Shown here: positions 19,811 through 29,475 of the stretch, piece after piece
Numbering within the stretch: position 1 is the first letter of the stretch
Layout of the letters: every line of letters starts with the position of its first letter
Assembly: GCA_023269085.1 (NCBI GenBank)
Contig: JAHFML010000001.1
Location: forward strand, 11,966 to 75,965
From: a bacterium
GTDB lineage: Bacteria > Patescibacteriota > Minisyncoccia > Phycocordibacterales > Phycocordibacteraceae
DNA: 64,000 nt
Direction: 5' to 3'
Notes under the pieces: model-generated
The model's input: the letters and a program-made list of their open reading frames with translations, nothing else
Told to the model about the DNA's origin: nothing
Databases searched by the model: none
Position numbers and translations under genes: made by a program

Positions 19811-20159
19811 GAAAAGACTCTGGCATAGAGAACGGCCGCACCCGTATCGCCAACACGCCCTGCTTCTGCTCATCTTCGCGTGAATAGTATTGGTACATGG
19901 CCGAATACTCTTCTCTGCTCGCGCGTCCATACTGCTCGGGCGGGAATGCCGCATAGAGTTCTTGGAAGGTTGCAAATTGCAGGAGCTCCGATACTTCTGT
20001 CTCAATCTTTTGCTCTGGATCAGTCGCGAGTGAGAATTCTATCTCGTCGCCCACCTTCAGGAGCTGGCGCTTCTCGTCGTTGAGCCGAGCTTCAATCGTC
20101 TTACTCCCCTCTCGCATCTTCTCAAACTGATCGGGCTGTAATTTCATTTGGTGCTTCAT
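19803..20159 (-). CDS. ASCH domain protein
   Basis: GSKTIEARLNDEKR..LKVGD.I.F. Confidence 0.9.
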   Translation of the reverse strand: MKHQMKLQPDQFEKMREGSKTIEARLNDEKRQLLKVGDEIEFSLATDPEQKIETEVSELLQFATFQELYAAFPPEQYGRASREEYSAMYQYYSREDEQKQGVLAIRVRPFSMPESFHV

Positions 20160-20222
20160 GTTGCGACTATTCTATATCAAAACCTGATCCCCGCCTCACC
20201 AACATAGTGGACGGGGACAAGA

Positions 20223-20789
20223 TTAAATATTCATACTTTGGTTGCGGAGATTCGTTTTAACTTCCTTATAGTTAGGAAGCATCTTGCCAACAAGACTCCA
20301 AAACTTCTTTGAATGATTGAATTCGCGCAGATGGCATAACTCATGGACGATCACATAGTCACGAGCGTCCATGGGCAGAAAGAGTATCTTGTAATTGAAA
20401 TTAAGATTCCCTCTCTTTGAGCAACTTCCCCACCGAGTCTTCTGATTTTTAATGTTGATCTGACTGAAGCTGAACTGGTAGATAGTATTAAAGTAATTTA
20501 CTCGTTCTACTGCGAGCGCATATGCTTCGTCCTTATATTTCAAGTAATCAGCCTTGCTATGACGAGCGACCGCCTTCCCGCTGAACTGTTTGAAGAACGC
20601 AATCTTTTTGAAAAGCCAGTCTGTCTTCTCTCGAATAAACTTTTCGACAACCGTCTCCTTGAGATCAAAGGGCGACGTGACCACAATCGTACCGTCACAA
20701 TATACTGCGAGACGCATCCTGCGAGCGCGATGACTTTTCCGAAGTGTATAGGTGATCTTTTTATCCTGAAGAGCTATTTGTTTCTCCAT
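20223..20789 (-). CDS. YgjP/SprT-like zinc metalloprotease associated with type I RM
   Basis: TRWGSCS, YVIVHELCHL..NHS..FW; immediately after hsdR. Confidence 0.9.
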   Translation of the reverse strand: MEKQIALQDKKITYTLRKSHRARRMRLAVYCDGTIVVTSPFDLKETVVEKFIREKTDWLFKKIAFFKQFSGKAVARHSKADYLKYKDEAYALAVERVNYFNTIYQFSFSQINIKNQKTRWGSCSKRGNLNFNYKILFLPMDARDYVIVHELCHLREFNHSKKFWSLVGKMLPNYKEVKTNLRNQSMNI

Positions 20790-20791
20790 GA

Positions 20792-23698
20792 TTAGAATTT
20801 CTTCATTACAATATCGACCAAACGATTGAGATATTTGTGGAAGTCACTGACCTGAATACGATCCCGATACTCCTTAAGAACCAGCTCCTGCACGATGCGC
20901 TTCACCTCTTTCAAGAATTCATCGCGCTTGGATGACTCCTGCCATCCCTCGTCGAGAATATTTTCGAGACGATTGGTCATGTCCTTGATGAATTCACGAA
21001 CAATATCTTTATCTCCCCCAACGAACTCCGTCGAAACGACATAGAGACCGTACTCCTTGAGTGAATACCCGAGCTCTTTAGCTTCATCGCCTTTCTTCTT
21101 TATGTCGGCAAGGAGCTCCTGATACCGCTTGATGCGTTCCGAGAGATCAATCTGGTGCTGCTCGAATTCTTTGCGGATTAATCCCAGACGCTCACTGAAC
21201 TTTTTATACGCCGGATTCGTGTCTATGTTGATTGAGATCTCTTGTTTGAGCATCTTCTCGAGATTGAGTGCTTTCTCTTCGTCATCCATCTTGTTGAGCC
21301 GCTCCATGACATAGAGATCATTCACATTGAGCTCGCGGAAGTTCTTGGTGATACCTTCGTAATCAACGCGTTGCTGTATGAGTAGCTTCACCTTCTCCCC
21401 ATACTCCGCGAGAAGTTCAGCATCTGACATCTTCTCGCTGTACTCCTTTTCGAAGGCGAGATAAACGCTCGTAAGCCACTCGAATGTTCGCACAGACTCT
21501 TTCAAGAAAGGATCCGGCGAAAGAATCTCAAACAGAAGTTTGAGCCGTGCATATTTGCCCCGGAAGAACTTCTGCTTGTCGAGATTCTCTGCAAAGATCT
21601 TGAGACATCGACGCAAGTTATCAATAGACGGATCTTCGATATTAATGCCCGTAAAGATATCCATGGTCTCTCTAAGCACCTCGATAAATTCTTCTTTGAG
21701 TTTATCGATATTGAGCATCGCCGAATCAACGATACTCTCGTCAAAATTGAGTGCTTGATAGAGACTCTTGGTAATGCCGTAATAGTCGATGACCTTCCCT
21801 GCCCCCTTGTTTGGATAGACCCGATTGGTGCGCGCAATCGCTTGGAGCAGATTGTGATCCCAAAGCGGCTTGTCGAGATACATCACTTGTTCAACTGGCG
21901 CGTCAAAACCAGTCAGAAGCATGTCGCAGACGAGCAAGAATTTGAGTGAGCTGGTTGGGTTCTTGAATTCGTTGATTATCTTCTCACGCTTCGCCTTTGT
22001 CGTATTGTACTTACGCAAGTCCTCTGAATCCGTATTCGGGTCACCCGGCGAATAAACCACTTCTGACCATTCCTTCGGTACCAGTTGGTCGAATAACTTT
22101 TTATACTTTGCGACTGCCTCGCGGTCATAACAAACAACCTGCGCTTTGAATCCAGACGGCTCTACATACAGACGGTAATGCTCGACAATGTCCCGAGCCA
22201 CCGCCTCCATACGTCGGTCGAGCTTCACGATTGCTTCTTTCTTTCCATACTTCTTTGCCACCACATCACGCTCCTTATCTGAAAGGTCGGTCGTTAGCTC
22301 TTCGAACTGCTTATCGAGCTTCTCGTCATCAATAAAGAATTTAGAAAGCCGCGCTTCGTAGGTCACAGGGAGCGTTGCGCCATCATCGATAGCTTGTTGG
22401 ATGGAATAGTAATCCAAGTATCGCTCTCCTTCTTCTCCGAAGTTGCGGTGCGTATTGAGAGTAACTCGATCGATCGGAGTACCAGTGAAGCCAAAGAAGA
22501 ACGCATTCTTCATCGCGCTTCGCAGATTGATAGCCGACACGCCCTCGTTGTCGCGATGCGCTTCATCCGAGAGCACGATGACATTCTCATCGAGATTCTC
22601 GATATCCTTACCAAGTTCCGAGAACTTCTGGATAGTCGTGATGAAAACTCCACGCTCCGGTGACTGTATTTTCTTCTCCAAATCAGCTCGCGACTCCACC
22701 CGAACCACATTTTTACCGCCGCAATTGACGAAGGTCTCATATATCTGGTCATCAAGATCAATGCGGTCGACGAGAATGAATACCTTCGGATTCTTGAGCT
22801 CTTTGTTGTAGCGGAGCTTCCATGCGGTGAAGAACATGGTGAGCGACTTCCCCGAGCCTTGGGTATGCCAGATGAGCCCGCGCTTTTTATCTCCTTCAAG
22901 CACCCGCTCGACAATCTTGTTGGTAGCCCGCAATTGCTGATATCGCGCGATCTTCTTGATCGTCTGTTCCTTCTCCTTCTCGAAGAGAATAAAGTTCTGA
23001 ATGATATCCAGAAGTCGCTCCTTCTCAAGAAGCGAGACGAGTGTCGCCTCAAGATTCCCTTCTTCAGATTTCTCAAGTTCATCATCTTTCCATTCCAAGA
23101 AGTACTGCACTGGCGCATAAGTTGCTCCATACACTGTCTTCAATCCGTCAGTCGCTACATTGAAACAGTTTGGCCAAAAGAGTTTAAACGCGTTCCGCTC
23201 GTAACGCTTGATCTGTCCGACTGCGTTTGCATAATCCACATTAGTTGCAGCTGTAGGGCTCTTGGCCTCTATATCGACTACTGGCAAGCCGTTCAGAAAT
23301 ATCATTATGTCCGGGCGGATGTTTTCGGAATTACCCTCAAAATAGAACTGATTAGTGACGACGAAGTGATTATTGGCAGGAGTAGTAAAATCTACGATGA
23401 AGTAGTCGCGCATTTTGCCCGTCTGCGGATCCTTGAGATTTACCCCATTGCGCATGACATTCAAGAACGCCTCATTGTTATCGACCTTCTTCACCTCGCG
23501 CACTACCGAAAGTGCCTCGTCATCTTCAATTCCGTTTATCTTCTTCACCGCTTCGAGCAAAAGCGATGTAATGATGTATTCATTCTCAAACTCGCGCAAT
23601 TTCGCAAATTCCGTAGGCACAACATATTCGTATCCCAAACGCTCCCGAAGAAACTTCAGGATATGATTCTCGACCGTGTATTGTTCGTTGAATTTCAT
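20792..23698 (-). CDS. hsdR: Type I restriction subunit R
   Basis: RPD...IEAK nuclease motif, HTQGSGKS, DEAHR, FTGTP, MLLTGFDAP, QAIARTNR. Confidence 0.97.
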   Translation of the reverse strand: MKFNEQYTVENHILKFLRERLGYEYVVPTEFAKLREFENEYIITSLLLEAVKKINGIEDDEALSVVREVKKVDNNEAFLNVMRNGVNLKDPQTGKMRDYFIVDFTTPANNHFVVTNQFYFEGNSENIRPDIMIFLNGLPVVDIEAKSPTAATNVDYANAVGQIKRYERNAFKLFWPNCFNVATDGLKTVYGATYAPVQYFLEWKDDELEKSEEGNLEATLVSLLEKERLLDIIQNFILFEKEKEQTIKKIARYQQLRATNKIVERVLEGDKKRGLIWHTQGSGKSLTMFFTAWKLRYNKELKNPKVFILVDRIDLDDQIYETFVNCGGKNVVRVESRADLEKKIQSPERGVFITTIQKFSELGKDIENLDENVIVLSDEAHRDNEGVSAINLRSAMKNAFFFGFTGTPIDRVTLNTHRNFGEEGERYLDYYSIQQAIDDGATLPVTYEARLSKFFIDDEKLDKQFEELTTDLSDKERDVVAKKYGKKEAIVKLDRRMEAVARDIVEHYRLYVEPSGFKAQVVCYDREAVAKYKKLFDQLVPKEWSEVVYSPGDPNTDSEDLRKYNTTKAKREKIINEFKNPTSSLKFLLVCDMLLTGFDAPVEQVMYLDKPLWDHNLLQAIARTNRVYPNKGAGKVIDYYGITKSLYQALNFDESIVDSAMLNIDKLKEEFIEVLRETMDIFTGINIEDPSIDNLRRCLKIFAENLDKQKFFRGKYARLKLLFEILSPDPFLKESVRTFEWLTSVYLAFEKEYSEKMSDAELLAEYGEKVKLLIQQRVDYEGITKNFRELNVNDLYVMERLNKMDDEEKALNLEKMLKQEISINIDTNPAYKKFSERLGLIRKEFEQHQIDLSERIKRYQELLADIKKKGDEAKELGYSLKEYGLYVVSTEFVGGDKDIVREFIKDMTNRLENILDEGWQESSKRDEFLKEVKRIVQELVLKEYRDRIQVSDFHKYLNRLVDIVMKKF

Positions 23699-23704
23699 AT
23701 TCGT

Positions 23705-24595
23705 TTATTTCTTCTGTCCATTTCTTAAGATGACAAAACGTATTAGCGAGCCGGTCATGCTAACTACCATCTCCGAATCGTCTCTGTTAAATTCTTTGCA
23801 TGTACCGTGCTTTATTTCATCCATCCAGTTGCGTAAGTTTTTGAAAAGTTCTTTTTGATGACCATTCAATCCTAGAGCTTTTGAGTCGGTCTTGTCTGAT
23901 ATATGCTTAAAACCTTTTTCTCTTTTGCCAGATACTGATTTTACCAACTCATCGCAAGCCGTGTACATGTCCTCAATAACATCTTTGTAGTGCGCTTGTG
24001 TCTTCGCTGTCAAAAATTCCTTTAGCCCATTTTCAAAATGAGAAAGAACGTGTTCAAATCTTTCGTCCGTCTCTAGTAATCCAAGGGTATTTTTAATATC
24101 CGTCTCAAATTTCTTTGAAGTAGTTGGCAAGATCTGTGGCGCTTTTCGTTTATAGATCTTTATGGTCACCCCTAGCATAGGAAAATCATTGAGATATTTT
24201 TCTATACGTTTCGCAAGTTGATCTAATTCAGCTCGCACAAAATCATGTTCTGCTACAACATTCAGCAATACTTGTAATCGCAACAAATATTCTTCGAAAG
24301 ATCCTGAGAAACGGTCTGATATCTCACCGTCAATCATTCGCTTCAATCCAGATGAATAATCTGTGCCATACCAATCGTCGATATCAAAAAATAACTGGCG
24401 ACACACTTCATCTAATATAGCCGACTGAAGTTCCCAGAGTTTTGTACTGTCTTGATACACACTAGGAGAGATGATCGGCCCCAATGCATCGATGATTTCA
24501 CCCTTTAAATATTTCTTGCACCCGACTCGAACACTCTCAATATTGAGTTTGAGTCCAAAGCGGGAATATAAATCTTGATTTGTATTATTGTTCAT
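23705..24595 (-). CDS. Unknown AT-rich protein between hsdS and hsdR, possibly AbiJ/HEPN-like
   Basis: 296 aa, coupled to hsdS; helical C-terminus with RNWMDEIKHG. Confidence 0.7.
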   Translation of the reverse strand: MNNNTNQDLYSRFGLKLNIESVRVGCKKYLKGEIIDALGPIISPSVYQDSTKLWELQSAILDEVCRQLFFDIDDWYGTDYSSGLKRMIDGEISDRFSGSFEEYLLRLQVLLNVVAEHDFVRAELDQLAKRIEKYLNDFPMLGVTIKIYKRKAPQILPTTSKKFETDIKNTLGLLETDERFEHVLSHFENGLKEFLTAKTQAHYKDVIEDMYTACDELVKSVSGKREKGFKHISDKTDSKALGLNGHQKELFKNLRNWMDEIKHGTCKEFNRDDSEMVVSMTGSLIRFVILRNGQKK

Positions 24596-25809
24596 ACTTT
24601 TACTCTTTGCTTTCCACTCAACAAATCCTGCATCAGACCTTTTTTCAGTCCTGTGAGTTTTTCCTTCAACTCCTGATTGATCGTCATTTTATCGTCAACC
24701 GATGAAAGCACTTCGGAGATTTTCTTAATCTCATCAATGTTTGATGGCTTCGGAATTGGAATGGAGAACAGCCTATCCTTGTTGAGTTTTGGTTGAGCCA
24801 TGCCAGTTAGAAAAGGCTCGAGATTGATCATATTCAGATAGTCTTGTATATACTTCTGAAGAAATCGATCTTCAAACCTTTGAAGGTGTGCATGATTATT
24901 TACCCAATATTTTCCAATAGCAGTAAAAGCAATCGGGTAATTCCTATCTTTTAGATTCGCGCCATCTTCTGAAATCAAGAGCAACTCTTCATCAAATATA
25001 TAGTCGCCAACATAATCCACAATTCCTGTTGCCCCATAATAAGGATAAGATCCTGATTCACGCTTTGATTTGGTAATAGGAATTCGCTTGTTATCTAGAT
25101 TAGATGAAATATCATTTAGGTTCACAATTTCCCAATCTCTTGGAATCTCACCGATCTCAGTTTTCTTATATTTTGTATGGCCAATGCCTTTGGTAAAAAG
25201 TTGCTGTGTCAGTCCGTGCTTGAGCTTTTTGGTCATAGCAATAATCTCGTCAGTTTTCTGAATTTCTTCATCGACAGAGGTGAGAATCTCAGCAATCTTC
25301 TTTTGTTCCTGCTTGGACTCTGGGAAGAGTATGCTTACTCCCAGAAAATCGTGCTTGGATAGATTAAAACGTGTACTACCTTTTGCATGCGCAGCAATTT
25401 CTTTCCTGAAGACAGACCCTCTGAAAAGGTAGCCTCCGAAAGTTGGATCGAGCAGGTCCTTCTCGGGACGGAATATGAAACAGAAACTGTTCAAATACAA
25501 TTCCACTGGGTCCGAGACCACAGCGGAAGACATTCCGACCTCCTCCGGAGTTTCAGAGCTGGTCGTAAAAATATAGTCCCCATACCGTATCTGATTTTGT
25601 CTCTCTCCATCTTTTATCTCCACGAGGTTAGTAAAATCTTTGTCAAGATGAGGATTACGAAAGACATTCATGTATGGAATGAATGGTCTTCCACTACCAA
25701 AATCTTTCTTAGATTTCCCAGTAAGACCTCCTAAGGTATTACCTAGATCCTCAAGCTTTACTCGTTTCCACTGTGGAGGAACGTTGCGTTGTGAAAGTTT
25801 ACTACTCAT
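24592..25809 (-). CDS. hsdS: Type I specificity subunit S
   Basis: Two TRDs with conserved EQKKIAEIL...LKHGLTQQL and LKKGLMQDLL repeats. Confidence 0.95.
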   Translation of the reverse strand: MSSKLSQRNVPPQWKRVKLEDLGNTLGGLTGKSKKDFGSGRPFIPYMNVFRNPHLDKDFTNLVEIKDGERQNQIRYGDYIFTTSSETPEEVGMSSAVVSDPVELYLNSFCFIFRPEKDLLDPTFGGYLFRGSVFRKEIAAHAKGSTRFNLSKHDFLGVSILFPESKQEQKKIAEILTSVDEEIQKTDEIIAMTKKLKHGLTQQLFTKGIGHTKYKKTEIGEIPRDWEIVNLNDISSNLDNKRIPITKSKRESGSYPYYGATGIVDYVGDYIFDEELLLISEDGANLKDRNYPIAFTAIGKYWVNNHAHLQRFEDRFLQKYIQDYLNMINLEPFLTGMAQPKLNKDRLFSIPIPKPSNIDEIKKISEVLSSVDDKMTINQELKEKLTGLKKGLMQDLLSGKQRVKV

Positions 25810-27616
25810 CTTTAAATTCAATCTCGGTGAAGAGCGCCTTGATGTTCGCTTTTGTGCCATCACTCAACGTAACTTCCCCGGCCCTTGCCTTCTGAAGAAA
25901 CTTGCGTGCAAGCAAAACCTTATCGGGCTTCGGGTTCAGATTCTTGATGTATTCAGAATTTGCGGAAGTATAGACCAGAGACTCGTCTTCCATAACATAA
26001 TTCTTAAAATCCTCTGGGCTGAATATGTCCGCAATGGTTGATCCGTCTTTTTTGAGAACCGTCTTGATGGCATCAGGCAGAACTTTCCATGCCTTCAAGT
26101 TTTTGACCCCATCTTTCTTCCCTTGATCATTATCAAAAAGATAATGTACATCTGCGCCCCACCCCTCCAATATTGTTCCCACGATGCCCATGTTTGGAGC
26201 ACCACCACCATTTATAAAGTTGGTTTTAAGATCTTTCTTTTCAAGCTCCTTGAAAGCACGAAGAAAGAATACATCCTCTGGACCTTCTACGACCACGTTG
26301 TCCTTCTGATCGAGATTGGTGATCGAGTCATTAATGCCGAGGCCGATTGCAGTAAGGATAGGAGTGAGTGTTTCCTTATCAGCAGTCGGGTGTGCATGTA
26401 TCTTCCCCAAGATCTTAGTGCCCGTCCCATCTGAAGGCTTCTCGACGAGCCTGATGTTCTCGAGGTTGTCTTCGGTAATAAGGTAAGGGGAATGTGTGGA
26501 GAAGACGACTGGATTTTCATTCGTGTGTGCCAACAAAACCTGAAGAAGGTCTTTCTGTGCTTTTGCATGCAGGTAAAGTCCCGGTTCATCAATTAGTATG
26601 ACGTTGGGTTTATCTTCCTGAAGCCTTGCAACAATCTTCACGTAAAATGACAAGTACCACTGCTGACCCTTACTTCGTTGTGACGGATAGTAAAGTTTGT
26701 TATTTTCAACGATCCAGAAGTTTATGTCGGTGCCGTCTTTCTTCACCTGTAACTTTATCTTGTCTTGAGTCCAATATTTATCGAACTTCTCCGAGAAGTC
26801 GACGTTTACGGAAGTCTCGTGATTTACTTGCTCTTGTTGATTGGTCGAGGCCATCTTTGCGGTCGAGAAATTACTGACATGCTCAAGATCTTGAGCCCAT
26901 TCATTCGATGTAAGTGAGGCGATTGGGATTGATTTCGGGAACTCATCATCAAAAGATGAGAAGAGAACAAAATATGGCAACTGTGATTTTACAAACTCTG
27001 CAACAAAATCTGTCACGAGCTTCTCCTGAGCGTAGTAATCGTCAGACATTTTTTCTATCATGATCACTTCGGCGACTACATCTGTAAGGCCCGCATTCTG
27101 GGACTTAAAAGTTACAACTTCTGTCTTAAAATCACTAAGTTTCTTTTTTTCGAGGTTTGGAAACTTAACACCGGCTCCTGAGGATTTGATCAGAGCATCT
27201 ATCTTCTTGATAGACTCTTGGATCTGTTTCTTGGAGATTTCATAAATATTTGGGAGATTAATTTGCTTACGTGACTCTGGATCAACGATATACGTCGTGA
27301 CTCCGAATTTCTTGGTTAATGTAATTACTGCATCCTTTGTAACGGTTTTATCAGTACCGATAGCCTTAAGAATTTCATTCGTCTCAGAGTCCGGAAGAAC
27401 AAAAGTGATGGATATCTCTGGAACACCTTCGCCATCTATTGGTTTGGCTTCCTGTCTGATAGTTTTATCTTGATGGAAATCCTCCAATGCTTCCAAAACA
27501 GATGTCTTTCCGGATTCATTCTTACCGGCAAGAATGGTCAGTTTCTCGCTGAAATAACAGTCGCCTGAATCAACAATAGACTTATAGTGCTTGATTCTAA
27601 ATTTGGTGAGTTTCAT
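25802..27616 (-). CDS. OLD-family ABC ATPase-TOPRIM nuclease
   Basis: Walker A GKNESGKT, Walker B LIDEP, STHS, TOPRIM VVEG..D and DND. Confidence 0.85.
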   Translation of the reverse strand: MKLTKFRIKHYKSIVDSGDCYFSEKLTILAGKNESGKTSVLEALEDFHQDKTIRQEAKPIDGEGVPEISITFVLPDSETNEILKAIGTDKTVTKDAVITLTKKFGVTTYIVDPESRKQINLPNIYEISKKQIQESIKKIDALIKSSGAGVKFPNLEKKKLSDFKTEVVTFKSQNAGLTDVVAEVIMIEKMSDDYYAQEKLVTDFVAEFVKSQLPYFVLFSSFDDEFPKSIPIASLTSNEWAQDLEHVSNFSTAKMASTNQQEQVNHETSVNVDFSEKFDKYWTQDKIKLQVKKDGTDINFWIVENNKLYYPSQRSKGQQWYLSFYVKIVARLQEDKPNVILIDEPGLYLHAKAQKDLLQVLLAHTNENPVVFSTHSPYLITEDNLENIRLVEKPSDGTGTKILGKIHAHPTADKETLTPILTAIGLGINDSITNLDQKDNVVVEGPEDVFFLRAFKELEKKDLKTNFINGGGAPNMGIVGTILEGWGADVHYLFDNDQGKKDGVKNLKAWKVLPDAIKTVLKKDGSTIADIFSPEDFKNYVMEDESLVYTSANSEYIKNLNPKPDKVLLARKFLQKARAGEVTLSDGTKANIKALFTEIEFKDE

Positions 27617-27623
27617 AGACGCA

Positions 27624-29309
27624 TCAATAATTCAATTCGTTAAGAAAGCCCTCGACCTTTTTATCTATTTCCGCTCGTTCTTTCTCCAGCGCCACGAGCT
27701 CCTTACGCACCGCAGACACATCGATCTCTTCCTCCTTGTCGCCATTCTCGATATAGCGACGAACATTGAGATTGAATTCGTTCTCTTCGATTTCTTTGAG
27801 ATCTATTACGCGAGCATAGTTCTCGACATCAGCGTAGTTGTCGTAGGCGCGGATAATCTTCTGAATGTCTTGCACGCGAAGCGAGTTCTGATTCTTCCCT
27901 TCGGAGAAGTCCTTTTCGGCATCAATGACAAGCACCTTGTCCTTGCGATTCTCTGGTTTGTTCTTGTTGAAAATGAGAATGGCCGCTGGGATGCTGGTGC
28001 CGTAGAAGAGTTTGGACGGGAGTGCGATTACCGCTTCAAGAAGGTCGTTCTTGAGCAGTTGCTCGCGGATACGCCCCTCTGCGCCACCACGGAAGAGGAC
28101 ACCATGCGGGAGCACAATGCCCGCGCGACCATTTGAATTCATCGACTTGATGATGTGGAGGACAAAAGCATAGTCGGCGTTCTTGTCCGGTGGCATATCA
28201 TAGCCATCGACGCGACCGTATTTGTCGAATTTGAAGAGTTCGTATTCCCAATCCTTGATTGAGTAGGGTGGGTTCGCAACCACAATATCAAAAGTCTTGA
28301 GCGAACCGTTTGGATTGAGGAATTGCGGATTCACGAGTGTATCGCCGCGCTGTATGTCAGCACTGTCGAGTCCGTGCAGGAACATGTTGATCTTGGCAAT
28401 GGCGTAGGTCCCGATGTTGAGCTCCTGACCATAGAGATAAAGAGTGCGGGCAACTGACTCACCCTCTTTCTCTTTCAAGTGATGAAAGGCCTCGAGAAGG
28501 AAACCGCCCGATCCGACCGTCGGGTCATAGATATGGTCCTTCTTGTGCGGTTTAAGAATCTGAATGATCACACCTTCTACTTCGCGTGGGGTATAAAATT
28601 CTCCGCCTTTCTTGCCTGCGTCAGCCGCGAATTGCTTAATGAGATATTCATAGGCATCGCCGAGCAGATCGGAATTGATATAGGTATCACCGAAGTTGTA
28701 CTGCGAGAAATGATTGAGAAGACGCTGAAGCGTCTCATTCGGGAAGCGATCCTTATTAGCAAAATCGAGATCGTCAAAAATCTTATCAAGCTTCGGGCTA
28801 TTGGCATTCGCAAGCTTCTCGAAGACCTCGTTGAGCTTCACGCCGATGTTTTCTGCGCGTTCCTCGATAACTGACCAACGACACTCCTTGGGGACCTGGA
28901 AGCGATGATTATAATCGGCGCGGGCGATCGTTTCATCCTTGAATTCATCCATTACCCGCGCGTACTCCTCGTCCCACACGTCGCTGATGCGCTTATAGAA
29001 AAGAAGTCCGAAGATGTATTTCTTGTAATCCGAGCTGTCGATCTTACCACGAAGGATGTCGGCGCTCTTCCAGAGAAATTGTTCGAGCTGTGGCAGAGTA
29101 AGTTTGCTCCCCATCTTGTCGACGATCGTCTGAATGTCCTGTGGGCGATACTTACGATCGCCGCGCTTACCAGCACGAAGAGGCACCAAGATCCCATCTT
29201 TCTCCCAATTGCGAAGAGTATCGGGGTGGATATTAAAAATTTCGGCTACCTGGCCGATAGAGAGCAAATCTGGCATGTCTTTAAGCTTTGCTTGAATATC
29301 TTTTCGCAT
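27624..29309 (-). CDS. hsdM: Type I methyltransferase subunit M with N-terminal MerR/excisionase-like HTH
   Basis: LSIGQVAEIFNIHPDTLRNWEKDG HTH, then LWKSADILRG, GEFYTP, DPTVGSGG, NPPY. Confidence 0.95.
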   Translation of the reverse strand: MRKDIQAKLKDMPDLLSIGQVAEIFNIHPDTLRNWEKDGILVPLRAGKRGDRKYRPQDIQTIVDKMGSKLTLPQLEQFLWKSADILRGKIDSSDYKKYIFGLLFYKRISDVWDEEYARVMDEFKDETIARADYNHRFQVPKECRWSVIEERAENIGVKLNEVFEKLANANSPKLDKIFDDLDFANKDRFPNETLQRLLNHFSQYNFGDTYINSDLLGDAYEYLIKQFAADAGKKGGEFYTPREVEGVIIQILKPHKKDHIYDPTVGSGGFLLEAFHHLKEKEGESVARTLYLYGQELNIGTYAIAKINMFLHGLDSADIQRGDTLVNPQFLNPNGSLKTFDIVVANPPYSIKDWEYELFKFDKYGRVDGYDMPPDKNADYAFVLHIIKSMNSNGRAGIVLPHGVLFRGGAEGRIREQLLKNDLLEAVIALPSKLFYGTSIPAAILIFNKNKPENRKDKVLVIDAEKDFSEGKNQNSLRVQDIQKIIRAYDNYADVENYARVIDLKEIEENEFNLNVRRYIENGDKEEEIDVSAVRKELVALEKERAEIDKKVEGFLNELNY

Positions 29310-29322
29310 ATCTATACGCCTC

Positions 29323-29374
29323 ATCCTATCGCCGCACAAATATAATGTCAAGCGTTCATAGGTCTTCATAGGTC
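29323..29374 (-). promoter_or_regulatory. hsdM promoter with tandem 10-bp direct repeats
   Basis: TTGACA-17 bp-TAGGAT on the minus strand; TTCATAGGTC x2 at 29355-29374. Confidence 0.55.
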
Positions 29375-29475
29375 TGCATCCTAACTTACGGCTTAAAATA
29401 AGGATAATCTGGTTACCAACAGCTCGGATTTGTGCTCTGGACTTCAAAGACGGTCTGCGTCATTCATTGGGTTAT

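Noticed and set aside
25802-27616. Gabija or retron assignment for the ATPase-TOPRIM gene
   Set aside because: No adjacent UvrD helicase or reverse transcriptase
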